From Eledone cirrhosa (taxonomy: Eukaryota): DNA of 64,000 nucleotides. A program made the position numbers and the translations under genes. Shown here in pieces: positions 36,916 to 51,206 of this stretch. How positions within the stretch are numbered: position 1 is the first letter of the stretch; each line of letters starts with the position of its first letter. The notes under the pieces were generated by a model. It was not told the origin of the DNA. It ran no database searches and saw only the letters and a program-made list of their open reading frames with translations. The DNA lies in NCBI GenBank assembly GCA_964016885.1, contig OZ024742.1, forward strand, positions 361,026,001 to 361,090,000. The letters run 5' to 3'.

Positions 36916-39551
36916 TATATATATATGTATGTATATACATGTATGCATGTGTATGTATATGTGCGAGGACATAGAAATAATCGGGCTGGATACCTGATCG
37001 CGTGATTAAACCACTAGAATGAAGGACACTTAGCGTTTGTTAGGGCATTCTTCTAGAAGGCAACTCGGGGAACTGGGATAACTCCGACATATAACCTGTG
37101 GCTCAGTAGTTACCAATAAAGTTGATTTTTTTCTTCTTTTTGGGTTATAGCTACTGTCGCTCAGAGAGTGGGATTGGTTCTGTGCACAGTCTTTCCTCAC
37201 TTTAAAAAAAAATCTTCATGCACAGGCATTGCATGTTAGCATTAATTGATAATTATTGATAATGTTATATCGTGCAATGGCCATACTCGATAACAAGGGG
37301 GCAGCCATCATGTATTTATGTATGTATGTGTGTTTGTGTGTGTATGTATGTATGTGAGTGTGTGTGTATGCATGTGGTTTGTGTTAGGAAGGGCATCCAG
37401 CTGTAAAATAAACCAACCCAGCCAAAATACAGTTCCATGTGAGCAAGGTATGGCACGACCAACTGGCTAGACTTGTATCATAACATGGACTACATGTCTA
37501 GCCCATTCAAGCATGGAAAAATAAACATTAAATGATGATGATGATGATATGCATACATGCCCCTAGACATGTCTGATGCTCTAACGATACTGCCAATCCA
37601 CTGCCCTTTCAATTAATGAAAGTAGTATGTGTGTGTGTGTGTGTGTTGTATGTGTGTTTGTGGTGTAAAAAATATGAAATAAAATTTGATGTAAAATATT
37701 TACTCCCTTTTTCTATCTGTAGTGACTATTCTCTTTAAGAAAATAATACGGTTGCTTTTTTTTTATATTGAAAATTGTCTCGCAAGGCAATAACAATTAT
37801 GACACATTGATATTGATTAAACTTTTCAAATGACGGACTTGTATTCTATTGTTCCCAGGTTAATGTAATCTACTAATGCAATCATTGTAAATTCTAGAAG
37901 TTGAAATATTTCCTCAATACTAATTTCACATAGTCAGAAACATATGTATAATGATTTAATTTTACTTAGTAGTTCCTTGTGTATGAATGTCTGTATGTAG
38001 GTTGTGGGCAATGGTAACAGTAGAAACCGGTTGGTGAAAGAGTGTCACAGCCCTTTTTTTGTATGCTCTGCATCTCCAATGTGCATAACCCTAATGATAG
38101 CCTGCCTTATGATCCCAGTAGAAACAATTGGGAAAATGTTAACCTGGAGAATAAATGAGGGAGACATGTTGAAAGATCCAGATGTTGCACAACAAGCTAA
38201 AAACCACAATCCCTGAATATGTCAGCCACATTTAATGCTTTCATTACCGCATTTCTGATGAAACAAACACAATTTTAATTCAAGAAGAATTTTGAGGGAT
38301 TTACTAAAATTAATTATTTAATTACTGAGAGAGTAACTTCATGTAAGGCTCTTAAATAAAATTATGTTGGAAGATTTTTATTTAAATTGCAAATCTTTAA
38401 CATCTTCAGTGTTGTAGACGAGACAACTCATCCTAACATGTTTCAACTCTTTTTCAACAGTTCATAACTTCAAAGCTAGATGGGGTTACTAGTTTATTGA
38501 TGTGACATTTGTCAATCATTCAGATATGTGTTGTTAAAAATAGTCATTTTACTGGAAAAAAATAACGGCACAGCTACTGTAGCTGTGTAAAATATATGAG
38601 GCAGTCAACAGGTTAAAATGGGTGATTTTATTTCCTAGAACCAGAGCCAGTTTTGGCCGGGCTGGTATCTAAAGGCTTATATAGTTTTGTACCTATAGCA
38701 GTGGAGGATTCTTGCATTCTGGGTCCCTGAACCACTTCCCTACTCACTGCTATTGGGATGGAATTTAAGCATTTTGTCAATTGAATTTTGCTCTTGAACA
38801 TCTTTCATATCAGAGAATGAACCAGAACAATAATTCTTAAAAAAAAGTTAGCCATTTTACAGTCTAGAAAAATAAAATTTATAGAAATGCTAAATCATCT
38901 TCAATGAAAAAATTAACGTCTGTTGGGTAGTCGTTTAATGGAATTCTGAATAAAGTCAATTTCAATGAAAAAATAGAAAGAAAAACAACCATCAGCTAAA
39001 TGTTAAATTTGAATTGTTGTCATCCCAGTGCATAATGGCCTTTTCTTCTTCTTTGTCCACTTATTCCTGAGAGGATCGGGGGGGGGGGGGGGGGGGGCAG
39101 AGTCCTGACACACTCCATCCAGCAGGTCCTTCAGAAGCAACCACCTCCAACTAATCTGGTTGGATCCTCAAGCAAAACCAGCCAAACTTATGGGTTTCTG
39201 AGTCTCCTGTCAGTTGGTTTTACCTGTAAAATCTGTGCAGCGATTCTTTCTTGAGACATTCTAACCACATGCCTATAGTAGATAAATGAACACGATATTC
39301 CAACCCATGTAAACATGGGGAAACAGGGAAAAACGATGATGAACAGTTCATCAATGTTTTGTCATGAAAGTTATCATACCCAAGCTTCTCAGATATTAAT
39401 TATAGTGATCAACTATTATTATAGTCATTCATTAGAACATAAGCCATGCCTTGTGGCATATAGTTAAGACCCTTTACATTCTGAGTTCAAATCCCACCAA
39501 GGTTAACTTTGCCATTCACCTTTATGGGGTCAATAAAATAAACACAAATAA

Positions 39552-39741
39552 TTTTTTCTACTTTTAGGCACAAGGCCAGCAAATTACCCAGTGCATTACT
39601 GGTACTTTATTTTATCGACCCCGTAAGGATAAAAGGCAAAGTTAACCTCGACGGCATTTGACCTCAGAATGGAAAGGGCCGTAACACTATGTGTCAAAGC
39701 ATGGCGTCCGACCCTCTACTGATACTGCCAATCCACCGCCC
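39552..39741 (-). mobile_element. SINE family B (adjacent to + strand partial copy ~39440-39545)
   Basis: Reverse complement of family B. Confidence 0.8.
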
Positions 39742-39983
39742 AAAATAAATACAAATAACACACTGGAGTTGGTTTAATCGACTTTCAAAATTGTCCTTCA
39801 AAATTGTTGGCCTTGTGCCTAAATCAGAAACCATTATTATGATCATTTCTACATTGAGACGACAACATTTCGAAAGATAGAAAAACTTAATTGAGATTTG
39901 TAAGGAAATATAGTCTGGCATTTCTGATCAATTATTCTAGTACAAACCAATTTACAATATTTCATCGTATATTATTGAACAGT

Positions 39984-40312
39984 CATCATCATCATCATCA
40001 TCATCATCATTGTTTAACATCTATCTTCCACGCTAGCATGGGTTTAGACTGGAATTGACCCTCGTGAGGCAAGATTGGTTGTTTTGCTTGTATAGGAGTG
40101 TCTGGCGAGTTTTCAATGGCTGAATGCCCTTCCTAACACTAACCACGTTTACAGTGTGGACTGGGATGTTTTTAACGTGTTACCTACACGGCCACATTAA
40201 AGCGTGGACTGTGTGTTTTTTTGTTGTGACACCTACACGACCTCATTTATTTAGGACTGGATGTTGTGGCACCAACATAACTTTACAGAGAAAGGGGTGG
40301 TGTAGATGTGTG
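39984..40312 (-). mobile_element. RTE 3' UTR fragment (sister subfamily)
   Basis: Similar to 35021-35330. Confidence 0.8.
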
Positions 40313-40369
40313 TAAATATATGACGCTCATAAGAGAAAAGCATATATACATGTATGTGTGACTAACTTT

Positions 40370-40415
<46 letters not shown>

Positions 40416-40418
40416 TAT

Positions 40419-40652
40419 ATTGTTATGCTTTGGGAAGGTCATGTTGCCAATAAGAAAGACACGCACCAGTTGTTTCACTCCAATTTATTATAAATTCTTA
40501 AACTTATAAATTTAATTTATAATAAATTGGAGTGAAAGCAACTGGTACGTGTGTTTCTTATTGGCAACATGACCCTCCCAAAGCATAACAATATTGGTTT
40601 CAACACACGTTTTCAGATAAAGAATCTTGCTAAACAAATTCAGAAACGAAAT
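40419..40652. mobile_element. Second fold-back insertion of the family 1 unit 3' portion (no hammerhead)
   Basis: Arms ~40419-40495 and ~40514-40593 inverted; terminus AAATTCAGAAACGAAAT same as at position ~198 on minus. Confidence 0.8.
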
Positions 40653-40791
40653 ATATATATATATATATCATCATCATCATCATCATCGTTTAACGTCCAT
40701 GTATGTTATGTTAATAAAATGAAAGCATATATGTGACTAACTATAGAATATATATATTTATGTATATGATATATATATACATATTTATGTA

Positions 40792-41140
40792 TGGAGGCAC
40801 ATGGCTTAGTGGTTAGAGCATTGGCGTTGCAATCGAAAGGTTGTGAGTTCAATTCTCAGACCGGGTGATGTGTTGTTTCCTTGAGCAAGACACTTTATTT
40901 CACATTGCTCCAGTTTACTCAACTGTAGAAATGAGATGATAGGGACTGAGGTCCATGTCATTCCACTGCAAAGTGGTTGTGTAGGTGCCATGACAAAAAA
41001 GCACCCAGCACTCACTGTAAATTAGGTTGGTGTTAGGAAGGGCATCCAGCTGTAGAAATCAAGCCAGAATCAGTTCCCGTCCCACCCTTGCAAGCAGGGA
41101 AAAAGCGGACGTAAAATGAAATGATGATGAAATGATGATG
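40792..41140 (+). mobile_element. SINE family A, full length
   Basis: A/B boxes, CORE-like motif, RTE-derived tail. Confidence 0.88.
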
Positions 41141-42852
41141 TGATATATATATATAAAGATATATATATATATCAGTATGTATATCTATTAAGTTCATGTA
41201 TATGTGACTACCTATAGAATATATGTATTTGTGTATGTGATATATATATAAATGTATTTTAGTGTAAGACAAAAGGTCAAGTAACGATAATTTGAAAAAA
41301 GCTAGGTCAGATATTAGAACAGTGTATCTCATTGACCAGATGTCAAAAGATCAAGACATTTGAACTGATACTTTACTGTCCAAACCATGCTAGTCTAGTA
41401 AAATAGATATTAATATGATGATGAGACAAAGTAAAGAAAAAGAGTAAAGCAGAGTGTATATGTGTGTGTGTGAATGATGATTTACTCCAATAGTTAAAAG
41501 TATTTCTTATGATATACACACACAATATCTTTTGTAGTGTGGGTTATATCACATTTGAAGACACACTATATATATTTCATTTCCAAAATGAAAAAAAGTT
41601 TTATACAAAACAAATGTTATATATATGTGGAAGTACATATTAAGTAGTAAGATAACATTATCACCATTTTAGGTTTGTTTATCCATGGTTGAATGGATCC
41701 TTTCTAATACAGCCATCCAGAAACTGTTGTGTTTTTACCTCGTATATTTTGGGAGGTTCAGCATCATGTGTTCAGCTTTCACCGCTTTTGCTCAGGTCTT
41801 CTTTCGACTTCCTCTACTCTGGCTTTCTTACAATGGAAGCTGCAATATTTTATGTTCCGCTAATGTACTTAGAAATGGAGAGACCAATAAAACATGCTCA
41901 CTTTAGGATGCTCTCATGGAATTATATGTTCATACAAAAGGGATGAAAGGAAAGATAATAAAAATGATAAAATCTGAGAGTCGAACTGAAAATTCCATAG
42001 TTCATGTCCAGTAACCATCACTATCACTGAAACTTATTCTATCGGTAAAACCACTTCACTACCAAATTTCCTAGTCTATCATCATCATTATCATTGATTT
42101 TAGTTTGACTTTTCCAAACTGGCATGGTTTAATAGGACTTTTAACAAAACTGTTTCACAGCTGGTTCCCCTTCCTGAAACCAATACGTTTAATCACCTCT
42201 TACAACATGCAGCGATATGCTAAACCTCTTCTAAACTGGATACATACATGTATAGTAATTTGTGTAATGTAGATATATTTTGTATAATTAGAAAACTCAA
42301 TTGTAAGATTTGTGATATTTTCTGGAGATTGTAGTAGAACTAAGGTAACATATCCTAAATATATAATAACAATAATTAAAGTTATTGTTTACAGTGCTCA
42401 GGTGCACTATAACTCATCAAATGTGCATGTGTAGTACACAGAATAATGTACAAATATCAGGAAAGTGAACAGTGTATAAGTCATGATATACACACAGACA
42501 CACACACACGTGTGTGTGTATATGGAGGGGGATTATCAAGTTGCACGTCACTCAACAGTTCCCAGGAGATAAATATTCTGATCAAGACAGGGGCTCCAGA
42601 CTGCTACATAGATGCTCCCTTGTGTATGGAGGGGGAATAGCAAAACCTTATATTCAATTAGCTCTAGTAAGTTCTATTACAATTTGAACACTATCTAGGT
42701 AATATCTTAGTTATATAGTTAGAAAAGTTTATCAACAGCCTGCACTGCAAGGCTGGAGACTTAGATATACTAATGTAACCAATAGGTTGACATCTTATGG
42801 AAAATATGGTTAAAATCTACATAGCTAGCGTGGAAAATGGACATTAAACGAA

Positions 42853-42888
<36 letters not shown>

Positions 42889-43488
42889 ATGGACTACAGA
42901 ATATTTCTGTAGGGAAATGAATAAATTAAAAGAATTACCTCAAGACTGTGAGTGAAACAAATCTATTACCAAAATAGATAAAAACAACATCTGTGAGGAA
43001 ATTGCTTCTTCCCAACATGATCTGAAGTGTTGTTTTTATAAAAGATCTGTTATGAACAGAAAGATTGCAAGCAATATGTATCATGACTGATTACAATTAG
43101 AGAGGAATACTGTAGTAATACCACAGTAAAACATATACAGTGGATTTGATACTGTGTTGATGTGGAATAATGAAAAGGTACCAGGAAGGAACACAAGAGT
43201 TGGAAACCAGCACAAGATCAAAACATTCTGAAGTAGGAAACTGGTGGGTATGTTTAAAAGAAGAATGGGTTGTTAAATTGACATATTAAACTGGCTACCA
43301 TAGCACAGATAAATCTTGTAGTAAAGAACTATGACATTATACATGAAAGAAAACTACTGGACCATTTTTTACTCAAACATATATACAAGCAATTTAAACC
43401 AATTCTGTAAATATGTTTAATATATGATGAGCAGGCAGCTAGAACGAAAGAGGTATTGTGATATATAGAACAAGTTTTATTTAATAAT

Positions 43489-43676
43489 TGTTTCTACTTT
43501 GGGCACAAGGCCAGCAATTACCCAGTGCATTACGGGTACTTTATTTTATCGACCCCGTAACGATGAAAGGCAACGTTAACCTTGGCAGGATTTGAACTCA
43601 GAATGGCAAGGGCCGTAACTCTATGATTCAAAGCATGGTGTCCGACCCTCTACTGATATTGCCAATCCACCGACCC
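43489..43676 (-). mobile_element. SINE family B with 13-bp TSD
   Basis: TTTATTTAATAAT at 43476-43488 and 43677-43689. Confidence 0.85.
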
Positions 43677-43964
43677 TTTATTTAATAATATTGTGCTATA
43701 TGAGTTTTAAAATCATAATACACGGTAAAAAAAATTCAGTTAATTATAAAACAGGTGTGTAACTCACTAACTGGAATCCCTGTATTTGGCAGCAGTTCCC
43801 ACTGTCTTAGAGAATTGTTGACAAAGTCGATATCTGCTGCTATCAACTTGGTCAACAATTCTCACCATTAAAAACTCAATGACTGTTAATGATATGAACA
43901 GACTTTGAAATAGAATGTTCAAAGGATAAACTATTGGTGCTTCTATTTATTTTAATAATAATAA

Positions 43965-44205
43965 TAATTGTTTCTACTTTTTGGCACAAGGCCAGCAATT
44001 ACCCAGTGCATTACTGGTAGTTTATTTTATCGACCCCGTAAGGATGAAAGGCAAAGTTAACCTCGGCGGGATTTGAACTCAGAATGGCAAGGGCCGTAAA
44101 CCTATGCATCAAAGCATAGCGTCCAACCCTCTACCGATACTGTCAATCCACATAATAATAATAATAATTGTTTCTACTTTTGGCACAAGGCCAGCAATTA
44201 CCCAT
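43965..44205 (-). mobile_element. SINE family B plus adjacent partial tail copy
   Basis: Reverse complement of family B. Confidence 0.8.
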
Positions 44206-47200
44206 TACTGAATAATAATGAAAGTTATTGTGTACAGAGCTTAGGTGCACTACAACTCATCAAAGGTGCATTATAGTACATAGCATAGAATGTACAAATG
44301 CTACTTCTCATACAGAAATCAAGTGGTTCTATGATAGATCAAACAACAAACAGAAATGTTAATGTAACTCATAATTTCTTTGTAAACATTACTTGTATAA
44401 ATCTTCAGAGTGTCAGCCATGTTAAGGTTTTGCTGAATTTAATAACTTAAGTTGATATTATAATAGATGGTTACCAAACAAAATATTCAAACTTGACAGC
44501 TAAATATAGGAAAACTACTTCCTTAACTAAAAATCATTAACATCAATTGTCTATCTCTTTTCATTGTTGGACCTCAGTTAGTTCTGACAACAAGTGTTCC
44601 AGTCTACTGAGGAAATTAACTTTCAAGTGGCTGCGCATTCCTCAGACATGAGCACTTCAAATATAATTCATAGTGAGAAACATTGTGTTAGATTGTGTGA
44701 CAAGACTGGAAGTTTGAAATATAAGTACAACTCATGTTTGCAATCTAAGCAGGTGAGAGCAATAGGAAATTATGTCTAGTTGAAGGACATAATTCACTCT
44801 CAGATATTGGCCTTAATCCTTGCAGCTGTGAGCCAAACACCCTCACCACTAACTTATGTCCCTTCACAGTTTCTATGTATTGCTCTAAATGAGTACTGCA
44901 AATATCTAAGCATTGATGGAAATTTATTTGGTTTCATCAATAAAATCTGTCCAGCAATTCTTTCTTGAGACATTCTAACCACACACAGTGTCAGAGCTGT
45001 AATCTCTCAATTTGGAGAAGTATCGGCCTTACCTGGAGTGACTCTCTGATCTCTGAACTACACACACTATCATGTAACACTACTTCAATGATCCTTCAGA
45101 GAAACCCCATTTGGGCCACTTGATTCACGATCATATTCTTTCAGTCATTATCCAAGGTTCATGACCTTAGGAAAGGGCTAGCAGAAATATTGAATTGAAG
45201 ATAGAAAGTTTGGCCTTTACACCTCTCTCACTTTTAAATGATTCAGCCCAAAATATTTATTATAATGCATATTTGTAGAGGGCATTACACATTTGAACAG
45301 TGACTGCCCTCATCATCGCTTTGAAGTATTACCTACCTTGTTAATAACACAAGGAAGAACCAGACTAAGAAAAATATAAAACAAGTTTTCTAATGTTGTA
45401 TACTGATACATAAGAATGGTGGAATTTTCCTATCATAATTTTGACTAGGTGCAAACATGCAGAGTTCATATGATTATTTTTAAAGCAAAAACTATAGAAA
45501 TCAGCTTTGCAATAGATTTGAATGTTTCATTGAAAATTATTAAGAAAAAGGATTTATGATAAATTATTTCAAAATCTACAATTCCTCTAACCAGTTTATA
45601 AATTTACATTTCTAGCTATAAATTATATTTCAGAGGAGTTAAGAAAGCCAGCAAAAGCTGGGGGTTTCAGTAAAAGAAATAGAAATTTAACTTGTAAATT
45701 CAATTTCTATGTAAATCAGTGAAAATACACAATACTTTTCTATACACATGTAAATCTTTACTGCTGCTATTCACTGAATTCCAATGGCAGAGTAGTATTT
45801 TTTTTAGAAACTAGCCCCTTCTTTGTAGCTTGGATTCAAAGCACTTAATAAGAGGTGTATATACATACACACATAGCAGTTAGTAGCAATCATCATACAT
45901 GATTTTATTATCTTAATGCATTTAACCAGTTAATGTCACCAATCTCTAGATATTGTCCAACAATAAATGGATTTTCACAAATGATGTTGCATCAAAGACA
46001 TCAAAGAACCTAATTCAGTAAGGGTGCTAATTTATATGGAAACTATTGTACACGTTAAATCTCTCAACGAACCATATACATATAAGTACAGAGAATAATG
46101 TGAAAACATGCACATTTTGTTAGAGTTTGATGCTAAAGACATATAAGAGAAAGAACTCCTTGTGATGTTGCAATTCTCAAAGGTATTACGGACATAATGG
46201 AATAATTTCAAGTGGAATTCCAAAACTAATTTTCTAGATGGTTCCCTAACAACACGCTTTCACACAATAGTTACACCAACACATAAGCATATATGTATAA
46301 AATACTCATACACAAAACTATTATGATCAACAAACAATAAGCATCTCTACGATTTTAGAACTGTAAAAAATTACATATTTTGTCATTAGTACCAGGCTAT
46401 AGATTGCTTCTAATTTGTTTAAATAATATTCAATATAAAAATCAAAAAATTAAAGAAACAAAGAAAACTTTCATAATCCCATGAACAAAGATATTTTGGC
46501 ACAAATGTAATAAGAGAAATGACTTATCAATTGATAACCTCAATAAACTCTGCACTGTGTATGGAATAGAGCTGTGGTTTATTAACTGAAATTTTCATCC
46601 AATTCTCATTATCATTCTTCTTACTGATTACTCCAATAGGTCTTTGGAGTAATGTTACTTGATAGAGCAGAGATCAGAGAGTCGCTTTTGGTAGAGCTTC
46701 TCCAAATTAAGAGATCACAGCTCTGATAATATGGCCATGTGGTTAGAATGTCTCAGGAATGGATCGCTAGACAGATTTTATGGGTAAAACTAACAGGCAG
46801 GAGACCCAGGAGTTGACCTTGAGTAAGACATTTGGATAACATCCATGAGCTTGGCTGGTCTCATTTGGGGATTTAGCCAGATCAGTTGGATATGGTTGCT
46901 TCTGACAGGACCTGCTGGAAAGAGTATTTGAGGACTCTTTTCCCCATGACCCTCTTAGGAATAAGTGGGAAGAGAAGGAGGAGAAGAGGACGTTTGTATC
47001 AATAATGGGAGATATTCCATTATTTTCCTACATATATATTTATTAGTAGTGAAGATTTCTATTAAAAAATATTACAACCATATATATAACATTACAAATT
47101 GCTCACAATTCTTTCAGAATAACATTACAAATATAATATCATTGATAAACACAGAAATGCTTATAACAAATACAACCAACACGATGAGCCTCACAAAAAC

Positions 47201-47477
47201 AATGCACCAAATCACATGATCAGAGTGAGAGAAAGAAAAGAGAAAAAAGTGGGGAGAAAAAATGTTGGAAGCAAAACAAAACAACCATCAATTCACCACC
47301 AAGTGTGACAATCGGTTCCATATTGTAAGAGTCAACGATACACTTTGAGGCAAGCCAACATGCTCACAATATTACCACAGGTGATGGTGAGGCTAAGCTA
47401 CTGAAACAACCAGGCACCCTCACACATAATCCATTTTTTGCTGCTGTTGCTTCAAATTCGGGTAGCTTCTCTCTAAA

Positions 47478-47712
47478 AGTACCAACTCCTGTCTAATATA
47501 TCACTCAACTCTCTCTAGTATGTACCAACTCCTGTCTAATATATCACTCAACCTCTCTTGAGTAAACTAAATGTACCAACTCCTAGCCTAATATATCACT
47601 CAACTCTCTAATATCTGGTAAACTAAATGTACCAACTCCTGTCTAATATATCAGTCAAATTCTCTCGAGTAAGCTAAAAGTACCAACTCCTGTCTCAATA
47701 CATCACTCAACT
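47478..47712. repeat. 5 imperfect tandem copies (~43-55 bp) of GTACCAACTCCTGTCTAATATATCACTCAACTCTCT
   Basis: Directly visible. Confidence 0.85.
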
Positions 47713-48729
47713 ACTTAACACTGTCATAAGTCAAATCAGTAACGTCAGTGTTAATCTGTGCAATGTCTAATAAAATCTGAACAATTGCTACAATCCTCAA
47801 CCAACCAGCTTCTTCTCATCGACTTCCACTGCTGTCAGCATCAAAAAATCTCCAGCCATACAAAAGTCTTACTGTATACATTTCTTGTGTACTAATCTTC
47901 AGCTTATATAAAAGTAAAATGTCAATACCTTCTTTTTTTTTGCTTTTGGAAAACATTGTTTTATATTGGCCAAAGTTTCTTTCCAAAATAATTTTCTCTT
48001 TTTATTCATTTATTTCGTTTTTGTATGGGAATTGAATTAATCTATGAAAGGAATCTGGCCCGTAGCTTTCATTATTTCTTCTCTTGTTGCCTTTTTGATA
48101 TTCAGCGGATTTGACAGTTAAAAGGTCAAGAACTACTTTATATTAAATACATTGAGTGCATGGTTTCTCTGTGGGTACACGTGTGTGTGCATGTGTGTTT
48201 CTGTGTGAAAGAGAAAAAAAGAGTATGTATGTGTGTGTATGTATAAGATGAGGTTGATGTCATGCTATAATAAAAAAAAAAATATGAACTTCTTGGATAT
48301 TTCAAATAAAGCTCATGAAGAGATATAACTAGTAACACATCTAAAAATATACATGTATTTACTAATGTACTTTTTCTTTCACTTTCTCTCGCTCCCACTT
48401 TTATTCCCCTTTCCTTTCTCTCCTCTATCTCTGTCAGTCACACATACACACACCAGATAAGTATAATATGTAAAAAGTCATCGAATTAACTAAGGAAATT
48501 GCAAAGCTAAGCACGTTCTTTGGTTATCAGAAAGCACTTAACATTGAAAAGTAAAAATAAATATATCTACTACTCAGTGGAAGATTATGAGTTGAGTTGA
48601 AATAACAGACTAGGTGTTCTGCATCTCATTTCATCCCATAGAATCAGTTTTTGTAAAGTGGGCCAATTCTTTATTTATTTGTAATATCTCTGCATTTTTT
48701 GTGAACATTATAAGCACTAGCGGCAACTA

Positions 48730-48922
48730 GGCGGTGGATTGGCAGTATCGGTAGAGGGTCGGACACCATGCTTTGCAGCAAAGAGTTACGTCCCTTTATG
48801 GTCTGAGTTCAAATCCTGCCAAGGTTAACTTTGCCTTTCATCCTTACGGGGTCGATAAAATAAAGCACCAGTAATGCACTGGGATAATTGCTGGCCTTGT
48901 GCCAAATGTAGAAACAATTATT
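48730..48922 (+). mobile_element. SINE family B
   Basis: Family consensus; possible TSD AGCACTAGCGG (48713-48723, 48923-48933). Confidence 0.85.
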
Positions 48923-49127
48923 AGCACTAGCGGTTATTGATTTCCAATTAGCCATACATAGGTTCAGTGTATTTACCAAGGGTGTTACCAGGGAGGAACA
49001 AATACCAAAAGTTTTTTTTTGTTAAAAAAGTAGTTTTCTTTCCTTTTGGTTTCCTTGGCGTTCATGTATTGCTGGTCAGCAAAAGATGTATGTGCATGTA
49101 TTTGTATGTATGTATATATATATATAT

Positions 49128-49732
49128 GTCAGGTCACCAGTTGGTGCTACTGGTAACATGTATCCCAGTACAATCTGTCTCATGGTCGGGTCGTTGGCAA
49201 CTAAACTGGCAACCCCACCAAGCTTTCTTGGTGAGGAGGGTGACTTTGGACATCCTGCAGGACTAAAAACAAAACCTGTCAAAGGGCAAAGGAGCTCTTA
49301 AGAGTCAATGGCCATCCAAAATCACTGGGAGAGATGACCCCTTAGCTTTTGTCAAGGCAGAATTCTAGTGAGAAGGAAACTCTGATATAACACCTGCAAC
49401 TCTGATGGTATCCAATGATGTTGACTTGTTCTTCTTTTTGGTAAATATCATCTTGGTTAAGAGAGTGGGACTGGCTTTGTGCAGTGCCTTTGCTCACTAT
49501 AAAAGCTTCATGGCACAGGCATTGCTTTATATCTGGAGATCTCTCTGCACTTGTCGTCACATGGTACCATGGGCCCAGCACTATGTGTCAATAGTTGTCA
49601 CAAGTGTAGTGTTACCAGAGTTTTCAAGTCGCTGGCTGGACTAAAAAGTCACACTCATTCAGCGCATCAGTAGGGGTTTGCCTACATGGTATATAAAGTA
49701 GTGGCCGTACTCGAAAACGAGTTGGCAGCCAC
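49128..49732 (+). mobile_element. Full copy of the ~610-bp bipartite RTE-like non-autonomous element
   Basis: High similarity to 32960-33570 with the same ends. Confidence 0.75.
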
Positions 49733-49914
49733 TATATATATATATATATATAGGAGAAAGTATGACCCCAACAGCTGTTGGGTCATACTTTCTCCTATTA
49801 CCCATTCTATTACTCTAAGTATTGAGTACTCTGGCGCGTTATGGTCCATCTGGTTCCTTACCACAATTCCCTTATTATATATATATATATATATATAAAA
49901 ATATATATATATAA

Positions 49915-49950
<36 letters not shown>

Positions 49951-50371
49951 TTACACACATACACACACATACATATATATCATCGATGATTGCTGAAATG
50001 CTTATCTGTGAAAGTTGCAGTGTGATATCTCATGGATATACAGGTGTAAATAGGGAAACATACACTACATCAGTCATATATACATATAAAACAGATTTCT
50101 TCAGACGTTCTGTCTACCAAATTTCTCTACAAGTAATAGGTCAGCCTGATGCTATAAAAGAGATATGTACAAAGCACAATACAGTGGAATCATATTATTT
50201 AATGGGAAGCAAACCACTTAATAACACAGCCATGATTTTGAAATCATGTTAACCCTTTTCGTCCCAAGCTGGATGAAAGCAGTCTTGTTTCTATGTTATA
50301 AGACTGCTTATTTTAAAGTGAAAATCATAGGCAGTACTTTTAATTAGAAATACGGGAAAGTGTAATAGTAA

Positions 50372-51171
50372 TATACGCGAACGGCAAAGCATAAACGAAC
50401 TAAGGACAAAATTAGAAATAAGAGGGATCAGATGTTGTTTACTCGAGAGAAGGCTACGTTGGTATGGTCACGTGATGCGCATGAAAGACGACAGCTGTAT
50501 AACAAAGTGCAGGGCAATAAAGATAGACGGTAGCCACGGAGTAGGCAGACCCAGAAAAACCTGGGACGAGCTGATAAATTCCGACCTCACACACTTACAC
50601 CTCTCCAAGACAATGTCACTGGACCGAGAGCTTTGGCGGTACTCAGTAATAGAGAAGACCCGCGTTACCTAAATACAAAGTAAAACCTACTACAGTCAGT
50701 AGGCATCTCTAACAAAATACACCCCCGTCCCACCACCCCCACCCCATCCACACCGCCCCTTTCAATGTAAAGTTATGTTGGTGCCACAAAATCCAGGCCG
50801 AAACAAATGAGATCGTGTAGGTGTCACGACAAAAAAAACACACAGTCCACGCTGTAATGTTACCGTGTAGGCAACACGGTAAAAACGTCCCAGTCCCACA
50901 CTGTAAATGTGGTTGGTGTTAGGAAGGGCATCCAGCTGTAAAAAAAACCTGCCAGACAGTCCATGCTGTAATGTGGCCGTGTAGGCAACACGGTAAAAAC
51001 CTCCCAGCCCCACACTGTAAATGTGGTTGGTGTTAGGAAGGGCATCCAACTGTAGAAAACCCGCCAGACAGTCCTATGCGAGCAAGACAACCACTCTTGC
51101 CTCAAGTGGGAAAACTCCCGTCCAAACCCATGCAAGCATGGAACACGGACGTTAAACGATGATGATGATGT
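50372..51171 (+). mobile_element. RTE 3' fragment (sister subfamily) with ~115-bp duplication in the 3' UTR
   Basis: [32 protein letters not shown]; (GAT)n tail. Confidence 0.88.
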
Positions 51172-51206
51172 TTAGCAATAAGATTTGTTATTATTCAAAT
51201 AGAAGG

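Noticed and set aside
40792-40865. tRNA gene
   Set aside because: tRNA-like head of a multi-copy SINE; continues into SINE body and the cloverleaf is not intact
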